Shown piece by piece: positions 30,501 to 42,500 of a stretch of DNA of 64,000 bases. A program made the translations under genes and the position numbers. Within the stretch, counting starts at the first letter, position 1, and each line of letters starts with the position of its first letter. This DNA comes from Mobula hypostoma (taxonomy: Eukaryota). The stretch is taken from the NCBI RefSeq assembly GCF_963921235.1, contig NC_086097.1, positions 130,698,001 through 130,762,000 of the forward strand. The letters run 5' to 3'. A model generated the notes under the pieces. The model searched no databases. It worked only from the letters and a program-made list of their open reading frames with translations, and had not been told where the DNA came from.

Positions 30501-33500
30501 TCCTATAAACCGTGTGCTGATCTCTGTACACAGTACTCCGAGTGCATTCTCACTAAAGCTTTATACAGCTACAGCACGACTTCCCTGCTCTTGTACTCAA
30601 CACCCCTACCAATGAAGGCAAGCCTTCATTTTTATGCCTTTTTTAAACCATCTTAACCATTTGCATAGCCACTTTCAAAGAACTATGGAACTGGACCCCA
30701 GATCCCTCTATAACTCTATGCTATTAACTGTACACTTTCTTCTTCCATTTCAAATCTCAAAGTGCATCCTTTAACACTGGACTAGATTAAACTCCATCTG
30801 CCACCTCTCTGCCTATATCTGTAAATAATTCATATCCCACTGTATTCTTTGGCAGTCCACCAATCTTGGTGTCAGTGGCAAATTTGCTACCTATCTATAT
30901 TTTAATTCAAATCATTGCTAGGTATCACAAACTGAGAGGTCCCAGCACTGATCCTTGCAGAACACCATCTACCTTCTATGTGCAAGTCAGTTCTGAATCC
31001 AAACTAGAAATATACCATGGATCACATGCATCTCCTGACCCTAATGCTAATCCAGCCTAACGCAAGGCGTCTTATTAAATGTCTTACTAAAGTCCATGTA
31101 GATAATGTCCATTTAGTCTCATCAAGCTTCTTTGTTACATCTTCAAAATCTCAGTCAAGTTTATAAGGCATGACCTGCCCCGCATAAAGCTATGCTGATT
31201 GTTCTAAACAGACTACGTCTATCCAAATGTGCATGAATCATATCCTTCAATGTCCTCTTTGCTACCAATAATGTGAGGCTGACTGGCCCATAGATACCTT
31301 GATTATCCCTATTTCCTTTCCTGAATAAAGGTACCACACTTTCAACTGATGGTGGTCTTGTTAACTTCTATGGTCATCTGATTCTACATAACATTTGTAG
31401 CAGAATTGGATGACCACAGAGTTACTTAACTAATTGACACTAATTGACTGATTACATTTCGTTAATAAATGAAAAACTGTATAGATCCTTTAAAGCACTT
31501 TATTCTTTCTTTTAGAATATTTGTGATGCAGAATGTCAGCAATATAATTCAAGATTGCATATTTAGTAAGGTCACTGCAAGTGCCCCCAGGGTCTGTGAT
31601 AAAAAGGACTCTTGATTCTGCTTGCTTTCAAAGTATGCAATTTTAGAACAAACCTTCAACTGACTCTCTAGATACGCCAGCATTAGCAGTGCCTAGGTTG
31701 ATTTCTAATACATTATGGCAGTCAGAATCTATCCCAGAACACCAAACACAGACTCGAAAATATAGCACCTCATATTCCACCTGGTAATGGCATGAACATT
31801 GAATTTTATGATTTCAGGTAACCTGGTCCTCTTCTGTCCCTGTTCTCTTTCCACTTAGCCTGTCCGGTTCCTCTTACAACCCTCACTCCTAGTCCCCACG
31901 TTTCTTTCTTCTCCACCACCCAATCTATCTGCCCACTCACATACTCATCCCCACTGGGTTCTTTTCCATCAATGTTTCCATTTACCCACTCCACCTTATT
32001 TGGTTCCATGCTCTGACTGCCTTTTTTTAAAAATCAGCTTCTATCACCCGCAGCTCTTTGTTGCCTCCATCTATCACTCCCAGCCAATACTACTCTGACG
32101 CATCTCCCAAACAGGTGACCACTAAATACAAAGGACAGGAGTAGGAAGAATGTAGAAATAATACTGCTTGCAAATTTATTGCCATATGACCCCCCTTGCC
32201 TGGCTTAGAAATATAGAAATATAGAATAGTGGTATTCTATCATCCTGGCTGGGCTGAAATTCTGCAATGCCTTATCCAGATCACCTTCACCAGAAGGACT
32301 GGTCATCACCACATATTGAAGACTAGTTTGGGAAGGTCAATAAATACTGGCCTCGCCCATGACGTCCAAATCCTATGATAAAGATATGAATTAGTGCAAT
32401 CATATTTGTAGGCACAAGGAAGTGCCTTTCCGCAAAAATTGGCAAAAGTGGAACGTACCAAACTTTAACATAATGAACTACATAATCCACTACAGTTGTG
32501 TTTCTGAGTGTGTGTGCATGCATACACGTGTATGTGCCCATGAGCGCGCACGCAAGGTGAAGAGCATTCCAAGTCCTTTTGCGACATCTGTTTCAAAATC
32601 AATGAGTATTATTAAATTTGTACATAATTATAGGTTACACTGTAATGAAAGTCAATCATTTGTCATAAACTCAATAAAAATTTTGCCCAATACACTTTGT
32701 TTGATAGACATTGTATCAGACGATGACTAAAATAGCTTTAAAAATATATTGCTGTATATATTTGCAATAAATATTTGCGTAGCATGGGTATTTATTGAGC
32801 TTTCATCAAATATGCATAAATCTTCAAATTTACTACACACCTTTGTAAGGTCTTTGTAAAGCTCTGGATATAATATTGCTGTTTCTGGCTTTACGTCCTG
32901 GTCTAACACCAGAGAGAAAACAGGGAACATCGTGTAGATGGTAGCATACCTAAAAATGCAAGTAGTCAACAAGTTCATCATTCTCAAGATTTATGTTCCT
33001 CAAAAGTAGACAATGTTTTTTGGATTTATATATTGATACTTACCCCACCATGAGGAAGCCCTGATACAAGGGCACTGATGCAAAATAGAACACTGAAGAA
33101 AATACAGCCTAAGAGATCAAAAGCAAAACTTATTAATAGCCGAAGAACATACCCAGAGTGCAAATAGTTCAGGAGTGCCAACATTTACTTCAGTTATTAT
33201 AGTATTTAACATTATTACAGCATTTAGGTATGCAGTCTCATGCTCTCAACCAATATCTTGTTGAAAATATTTTGTTTTATTTTAATTTAGAGATACTTTG
33301 CAGAATAGGCCCTTCGAGCCCTGGTGCCCAGCAATCCCCGATTTCGCCTTAACCTAATCACAGAACAATTTACACGACCAATTAAACTACTACCCAGTAC
33401 TTCCTTGGACTGTGGGAGGAAACCGGAGCACCTGGAGAAAATCCACACACTCCACAGGGATTACATACAGACTCCTTACAGAGGACAGTGGGATTAAACT

Positions 33501-36500
33501 TGAATTCTGATGCACTGAGCTGCAATAGTGTCACGCTAACTGCTACACTATTGTGACGCCCAACTTTAAGACACACAAAGCCATTACATAAATATATTTA
33601 CATATATAAAAATTAAAGCAAATACTCAGTACTGAAGGTCTTGTATAATACTTAAATATATAACCAATAGACAGCACAGATGCTGAGGGGAGGATATGTT
33701 TGGAAATGACAGATAAACCATTTAAAGACAAGTGTTGAGCAACATGTGCGGCATCAAATTTGAATGGAAAGCACAACAGGGAAGTACATTTCACCCATCT
33801 ACTTCACCGAAGTGATGAGCAGTGAGCAGGTCACTACACTCAGCAGTCAGGGGGAATTCGTAAGAAATTTCAAATCAGTGAATGAAGTTGGCTGTGTTTT
33901 GACATTTGATTTAGAATGGCAATGGGTCATCTTATACTGGTCTTTTTATCTGATCCTGTGTGGAAGCCCTCTTCATCTTTTTTATTTATTTATGGTAACA
34001 CCCTGGGCAAAGCTTTGAAAGAATGGCTCAGGAATAGGGACTTCATGGATCAGGCTGGATGCAGAAGGCTGTCTAGCAGTTTGTACATTTCAGAATATGT
34101 CACATCATAGTTCAATGTGCACAAAAGACCCAAATAAGCTCTATAAATGGAATTTGCTTACATTATCAAAGCTCTGACAGTTGCTGAATGAAAAGAGATG
34201 AAAGCCTGGTATGTTTGGTTCAGGACATACAAACTGATTCTTTTATTAACAAGAGAAAATCTGCAGATGTTGGAAATCCTAAGCAGCACACACAAAATGC
34301 TGGAGGAACTCAGCAGGCCAACATGCATTAATGCTGCTTGGCCTGCTGGTTTTTGTATTCACTATCATTAGGAAAAATCAACGAAAGGCAGGTGAATTAG
34401 TTTTGTTATATGTATGCCGTTATCAAAACAAGGAGGGCAGTGCAATTGTACACAGTAGGACTCACACACATTAAGAAATAAATGGCATAAAATTAGTTAG
34501 AATCTGATTTATGTTACCTCCAATTCATGTCAAAGAGACTAAGCAACTTTATAGCTTATATAATTTGAAAGATGGAGATTTTATATGGCCAACAACATTT
34601 CAGAGGTTAGTTGCATCAGTAAACGTACCTGTGAAAGCAACATCCCTAAAGCAATGGGATCATTTGTAAATAAATCACAAACTGCATCACACCATCATCA
34701 AAATGAATATTGATTCCAACCCCAGCCAACACACTCAGCTGAACACAAATTAAATCTAGCCATGTTTTACATGTGGAATTCGAGATGGTGAAGTATTAAG
34801 AGAAGGCTTAGCTGAACAGTGACATGCTGTAATTCCATACTGAAAAAAATAAAGATTTTTGGCCTGATTTACAAATATATAAAATGTGCTGCTTTAACAA
34901 AAAGGGTACAGAATGTCCCTTGGTTCAACATTCAGCTTCACAGTATTTCTATAGATTTTCCCCATAAGGGAAAGTATTTTCCAATCCATTAATACAACAA
35001 TGATAAGGTTATTAGTTTGAAAGCCTGGTGGGGTCCAAGCAAAGCTTCCAGCACAGAAAATATATGCTTCGGGTGTAAGAGTCCTGATGAAGGATCTTGG
35101 CCTGAAATGTCAACAGTTTATTCCTCTCCATAGATGTTGTCTGACCTGCTGGAGATCCTCCAGTATTTTGTGTGTTTTACTCTGGATTTCTGTATAATGG
35201 ATTCACTACCCCACCTCCCACTCCACCCAAAGATACTTTAAGAAAGGATTGTTCTCAGCACCCTGCAAGACTTGATATCTACCCTCTTTTCAATTCCCTA
35301 TTAGCATTTCCTGCTGCAGCGTGCAAGTTTTGATGTCTTTCCACCAGGAATTTCTGCTACATCTTTGCATTTCTTTACTTGTGATCTTCTGTCACTGAAA
35401 AATGTGTCACCCCTGTTACCTCAGCACCTGACACTATTTCTGTTTGATCATTTATTGTGTCACCTGAAATCAAATGTAATAACTGGCTTTTCCTCTACTG
35501 AGGGAAGAAAAATAAAGATTTGTTTTTTACTTAAAAAATGTTGTATCACATCATCTGCTCAGGATGCTCCAAGCTGTCTTAAAGTGTAGCCACTGGAACA
35601 GAGTCAGTTACAGGAATCTACTTCACAGACAGCAAGGACCTGCAGGCGGGAAACAGAGTACTGACTAGCTTTCTGCCTTTGGCAGTAGCACTTGCGTTGT
35701 TGCCCAAGGTTTCATGTCAAGTCCTTGCTCTTGCCAAGAAAAAAGCCACAGTTTTTTGTTCCATTTGCATAGAATGACACGGGCTGGTTTAAGTTCCCAT
35801 TTGAAAGATGATATATTTGTGTACTTGTATCATTTTTGATCAAGTGATTATATTCATCATTATAGTCTTTTATCTTGTTATTTTATAAATAAATTCATTG
35901 CTATTCATCTTCTCAGACGACTTACTAATCATAAACAACAGGAATTCTGCAGATGCTGGAAATTCAAGCAACACACATCAAAGTTGCTGGTGAACGCAGC
36001 AGGCCAGGCAGCATCTCAAGGAAGAGGTACAGTCGACATTTCAGGCCGAGACTCTTCGTCAGGACTAACTGAAGGAAGAGTTAGTAAGAGATTTGAAAGT
36101 GGGAGGGGGAGGGGGAGATCCAAAATGAAAGGAGAAGACAGGAGGGGGAGGGATGGAGCCAAGAGCTGGACAGGTGATTGGCAAAAGGGATACGAGAGGA
36201 TCATGGGACAGGAGGTCTGGGGAGAAAGACAAGGGGGGGGGACCCAGAGGATGGGCAAGGGGTATAGTCAGAGAGGCAGAGGGAGAAAAAGGAGAGTGAG
36301 AGAAAGAATGTGTGTATAAAAATAAATAACAGATGGGGTACGAGGGGGAGGTGGGGCATTAACAGAAGTTAGAGAAGTCAATGTTCATGCCATCAGGTTG
36401 GAGGCTACCCAGACGGAATATAAGGTGTTGTTCCTCCAACCTGAGTGTGGCTTCATCTTTACGGTAGAGGAGGCCGTGGATAGAAATGTCAGAATGGGAA

Positions 36501-39500
36501 TGGGATGTGGAATTAAAATGTGTGGCCAGTGGGAGACCCTGTTTTCTCTGGCGGACAGAGCGTAGATGTTCAGCAAAGCGGTCTCCCAGTCTGCATTGCG
36601 CCTTGCCAATATATAGAAGGCCACATTGGGAGCACCAGATGCAGTATATCACCCCAGCCAACTCACAGGTGAGTCACAGTCGCCTCACCTGGAAGGACTG
36701 TCTGGGGCCCTGAATGATGGTAAGGGAGGAAGTGTAAGGGCATGTGTAGCACTTGTTCCACTTACAAGGATAAGTGCCAGGAGGGAGATCAGTGGGGAGG
36801 GATGTGGGGGGGGGGGGACAAATGGACAAGGGAGTCGCGTAGGGAGCGATCCCTGTGGAAAGCAGAGAGAGGGGGAGAGGGAAAGATGTGCTTAGTGGTT
36901 GGATCCCGTTGGAGGTGGCGGAAGTTACGGAGAATAATATATTGGACCCGGAGGCTGATGGGGTGATAGGTGAGGACCAGGGAAATCCTATTCCAAGTGG
37001 GGTGGCGGGAGGATGCAGTGAGAGCAGATGTGCGTGAAATGGGGGAGATGCGTTTAAGAGCAGAGTTGATGGTGGGGGAAGGGAAGCCCCTTTCTTTAAA
37101 AAAGGAGGACTCTCCCTCGTCCTGGAATGAAAAGCCTCATCCTGAGAGCAAATGCGGTGGAGACGGAGGAATTGCGAGAAGGGGATGGCGTTTTTGCAAG
37201 AGACAGGGTGAGAAGAGGAATAGTCCAGATAACTGTGAGAGTCAGTAGGCTTATAGTAGACATCAGTGGATAAACTGTCTCCAGAGACAGAGACAGAAAG
37301 ATCTAGAAAGGGGAGGGAGGTGTCAGAAATGGACCAGGTAAACTTGAGGGCAGGGTGAAAGTTGGAGGCAAAATTAATAAAGTCAATGAGCTCAGCATGC
37401 GTGCAGGAAGCAGCGCCAATGCAGTCGTCGATGTAGCGAAGGAAAAATGGGGGACAGATACCACAATAGGTACGGAACATAGACTGTTCCACAAAGCTAA
37501 CAAAAAGGCAGGCATAGCTAGGACCCATACGGGTGCCCATAGCTACAACTTTAGTTTGGAGGAAGTGGGAGGAGTCAAAGGAGAAATTATTAAGAGTAAG
37601 GACTAATTCCACTAGACGGAGCAGAGTGGTGGTAGAGGGGAACTGATTAGGTCTGGAATCCAAAAAGAAGCGGAGAGCTTTGAGACCTTCCTGATGGGGG
37701 ATGGAAGTATATAGGGACTGGACATCCATGGTGAAAATGAAGTGGTGGGGTCCAGGGAACTTAAAATCATCAAAAAGTTTAAGAGCGTGAGAAGTGTCAC
37801 GAACATAGGTAGGAAGGGATTGAACAAGGGGGGATAAAACAGTGTCGAGGTATGCAGAAACGAGTTCGGTGGGGCAGGGGCAAGTTGAGACAATAGGTCT
37901 GCCAGGACAGGCAGGTTTGTGGACCTTGGGTAGGAGATAGAAACGGGAAGTGCGAGGTGTGGGAACTATAAGGTTGGTAGCAGTGGATGGGAGATCCCCT
38001 GGGCGGATAAAGTCGGTGATGGTGTGGGAGACGATGGCCTGGTGCTCCTTAGTGGGGTCACGATCGAGGGGTAAATAAGAGGAGGTATCCGCGAGTTGTC
38101 GCTGTGCCGCAGCAAGGTAGAGGTCAGTACGCCAGACTACAACAGCACCCCCCTTATCCGTGGGTTTAATAGTAAGGTTAGGATTAGTGTGGAGGGAGTG
38201 GAGAGCAGAGCATTCGGAAGGAGTAAGGTTGGAATGGGAACAAGGTGCGGTGAAGTCCAGACGGTTGATGTCCCATCGGCAGTTAGCAATAAAGAGATCC
38301 AGAGCAGGCAGAAGAGCAGAGCAGGGTGTCCATGAAGAAGAGGAGGGTTGAAGACGGGAGAAGGGGTCATCGGTGGGGGTGGAAGAGTCCTTGCCAAAGA
38401 GTCCTTGCCGCCAGAGAAAGCAGGATCTCCCAGTGGCCACACATTTTAATTCCACAACCCATTCCCATTCTGACATGTCTATCCACGGCCCCCTCTACTG
38501 TAAGGATGAAGCCCCACTCAGGTTGGAGGAACAACACCTTATATTCCGTCTGGGTAGCCTCCAACCTGATGGCATGAACACTGACTTCTCTAAATTCCGC
38601 TAATGCCCCACCTCCCCCTTGTACCCCATCCGTTATTTATTTTTATACACACATTCTTTCTCTCTCTCCCCGCTTTTTCACCCTCTGTCCCTCTGACTAT
38701 ACCCCTTACCCATCCTCTGGGTCCCCCCCCCCCTTGTCTTTCTCCCTGGGCCTCCTGTCCCATGATCCTCTCATATCCCCTTTGCCAATCACCTGTCCAG
38801 CTCTTGGCTCCATCCCTCCCCCTCCTGTCTTCTCCTATCATTTGGGATCTCTCCTTCCCCCTCCCACTTTCAAATCTCTTACTAACTCTTCCTTCAGTTA
38901 GTCCTGACGAAGGGTCTCGGCCTGAAACGTTGACTGTACCTCTTCCTAGAGCTGCTGCCTGGCCTGCTGCGTTCACCAGCAACTTTGATGTGTGTCACTT
39001 ACTAATCATGTACTTAAAGTAATCTAATAGAAATCTCCCTCTTATCTGCTCTTAATTCTTCTATTGTATGTGTTTACCATGAAATCTTAGACCAGCCACA
39101 CCAGTCTTTCAAAATTCTACACGATGTTATACTAACCTAATTAAGATAATGATGCCTAATCTCCTCTGTTTACACATGGTCCATATCTCAACATTACCTG
39201 CATATATCTCTATCTGACTTTTTTGTAACTGCCTCCACCACCATCCCAGCAGCAAATTTCACCGTGTAAAAACTGTCCCATATACCTCTGCTGTACTTAA
39301 CCCTCAATTTAAATGCATACTCTCCAGTATTAGGCATTTTGATGCTGAGAATATGATACTGGCCGACTTCTCTATCTATGCCTTCATATTTTATAAACTT
39401 CTATCGGGTCTTCCCTCAGCCTCTGCCACGTCAGAGAAAACAACCCAAGTTTGTTCAGTCACTCATAGTTCATACCCTTAATCCAGGCAGCATCTTGGTA

Positions 39501-42500
39501 AACCTGAGACACAGGAGATGCAGGAGATCTTGGTAAACCTCAACACATATAAAATGTTGGTGGAACTCAGCAAGTCATGCAGCGTCCACGTGGGTAAAGA
39601 AGCAGTCGGGTCTTTGGGCCAAGATCTTTCCCTAGAACCCCTGGTAAACCTCTTATGCACCCTACTGATGTAAAGCTTTCCACCTCATTCTTTCCCCTCT
39701 ATCAGATTTAATACTGCGTTTTGCTTCAGTTATGTCTGTCAACTTGGTGTGACATAACAAGTTCTACATGTGGCACACCCTGCTTCAGTTGGTCTTCTCT
39801 CTCTGTCCCTCTCACAATCACTGCTTCCTGCTCTCCATCTTCCTCTGGGCTCCCCTCCCCCTTTCTTACTCCCCAGGCCTCCTGTCCCATGATCCTCCCC
39901 CTTCTCTACCTTTGTATCCCTTTTGCCAATCAACTTTCCAGCTCTTAGCTCCATCCCTCCCCCTCCTGTCTTCTCCTATCATTTCGGATTCCCCCCACCC
40001 CCTCCCACTTTCAAATCTCTTACTATCTCTTCTTTCAGTTGTTCCTGACGAAGGGTCTCGGCCTGAAACGTCAACTGTACTTTTTCCTATAGATGCTGCC
40101 TGGCCTCCTGCGTTCCACCAGCATTTTGTGTGTGTTGCTTGAATTTCCAGCATCTGCAGATTTTCTTGTGTTTACGAATTAAGTAAACCTTTTTCAAACT
40201 CAATGCTGAGTTCATGATTGAATTTTCTACTCTCTTACAGGATAATCACACATTTATAGTCTGTTTTATATTATAACCAGTATCAAAGCTTGACAGCATG
40301 ATAGATTGGATCTTTTTTCCAGACATGACTTGAAAATTATCTGGTTCCAGGTTTATGCATCCACTTCTCCCAGAGATTACTTTTGTGTTCATCGTTTCCT
40401 GGTTGTCTCTTTGCTCTCTCATCTTATCTTACAATCTGCTTGGGAAATTGATTCAATGGCCTTTAAAGGCATTTTCTTCTTTTCCTTCTCACAACTTTAG
40501 TGCAAAAGCATGAGATATACACCTACATAAAATCACCTTAAAAATTCTAACCATTCATTTTCTGCATTAATTATTCCACTGGCTGATATATACACATTCA
40601 TAGTACTTAGCGGCCCTTTGTATTATTTGTTACAACTGTAAATACGGACAAAACATACATTTTCCCATATTATTTCAATTCTGGTGTATTTGAGCACCAT
40701 GTGCCTCACCCCTTTGGTAAAGGCAAGTTTACAATCACCTGCATAGTGGAGATGATAAGGCCCCGGTGGATGACAAACTGGCCCAGTGCAGCAGATCGTT
40801 TGTAACTGTTGCGTCCGTGCACCATCAACAGCCTGCCAATGTGCTTAAACTGAGTGATGGAAAAGTCTGCTGCCAAAGATGCCTGCTTCCCTTCCTAGAT
40901 TTTTGAAAAACAAAGGCCAATGAAACATTGGTTAGAAAGCTACCATTGCAGCAAGTAAACATTTGTGACAATGAAATCACATTACTCAAAACCTTGACTA
41001 AATTTTCAAAGTTTATATTTTGTTAAATAAATATATTTCCTTGCTAAGCTCCCTAGATTTCTTTGTTCAAGACTCACACTGACCCAACTAATAACATTAG
41101 CAAATCTTGCTTTCTCAAATACACACATAATATATGCACTGAACAAAGATTTGTGGAGTAATTATGCTCAGGCCATCTTCAAGCAGTAACAATGGCTCAA
41201 TTGGTAATTTCTCAGTGTAACAGAGATTTCTTAAACAAGAAGGTTTTACAGGACAGCAAGCAGAAGGTTTTGGGGCATATAGCACTTCAGTTAATTCTCT
41301 GCTCTTTCGTCAATAGGATGAGGTAACACCACAAAAGTGGGTGGTCAATTCCAGGGCCCAGTGCAAATAACCACAGCAGAAATGCAATTGAGGGGGATAT
41401 GGGAACGAGAGAATTTTATTGCTCCATTTCTGAACACCTGCATAAATCTCAAGCAAGCACAAGGAAATGTTCAAACTGCAACAATTCTGAAGCCTATCAT
41501 CTAAAGGTGCTTCAGCTATGAGGTAATGCAGAGGAAAACTATTCACTCTTCACAGCTGGAGCACCTTCAGATGGCAAATTTCAAAATCATGCACAAGTGA
41601 CAATAGTCTCTGGAATAGAATTCTAGACCACAGAAGATTGGAGGATGGAGGAATGGGGTGCTGATCTTCTCTGGTAATCAATACATCAACCAAATCAAAT
41701 AATTCATTTGACAGATGTTGCATAATTACCAGATCCATGTTCCCACCCCAAACCTAGAAGTCTAATAAAAAAAACACTCTGTGCATCATTACAGATAAAA
41801 TCATCAGACCATATCTTTCTGAACTTCTCCATTCACCATCTTCCCATGCCTCCATTTGCTATAATTAAACTCAGTGGGACAATCACATTGCCTCAATGGA
41901 TCCCAGACGCAAGACTGGCTACCTAAGCCAAGCCCAATCCAGCAGGACACAAACATATATGTTGGGGGTCAGGTTAGGCACAGGCTCTGTGTGGATTAGG
42001 ATCACTGAGGGTCAAGCTGCACCTTGACACATGACCAGAGCGGGAGCAGGGACTCAATCTGGAATGACAGAATTATTTTTTGGTGTCAATTTCAAACTTG
42101 ATTCAGTCTCAAGTGCAGGGCAAGATACTCAGTGAGCGAGTGGATTAGCATAATGCTCTGGGATCAGGAAACACTTTTCCAAACACTGGGTTTTACATCT
42201 ACTCTGGGAGGGAATGGGAATGTGGATCAGGGGCTTCACCCAAGCTGGCAATATCTTTTCCAGGTATGGATGTTTTGTCTGGCTCAGTGCCAATGCATGG
42301 TTGTGATCATCTACAGATATCTTTGGGTCAGGTTGGGGAAGGAAATAGTAAATGTTCAGGAAACTCAACTCTGTTAAGGATAAGGCAGCCTGCCTCAGTG
42401 GTTTTCCTCCCACCATCAAAACATCTATTCCTGGGCACAACAGTCAATAAGATATAAGCAGTTACCAACTTGGCTCACTCCAACAGCACCTCTTAATCCT

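Larger units (their letters stand above)
35933..38996 (-). mobile_element. Penelope-like retroelement (Neptune-type), 5'-truncated, with inverted terminal pLTR
   Basis: RT motifs [27 protein letters not shown]; Cys linker CxxxxCYTC; GIY-YIG endonuclease (VIYCIWC...LYIG); 13-bp TSD acttactaatcat at 35920-35932 and 38997-39009. Confidence 0.93.

Noticed and set aside
36674..38476. 600-aa ORF as an intact novel protein
   Set aside because: Chimeric: the first ~23 aa come from the inverted pLTR arm, and the C-terminal part is partly out of frame with the Penelope RT.
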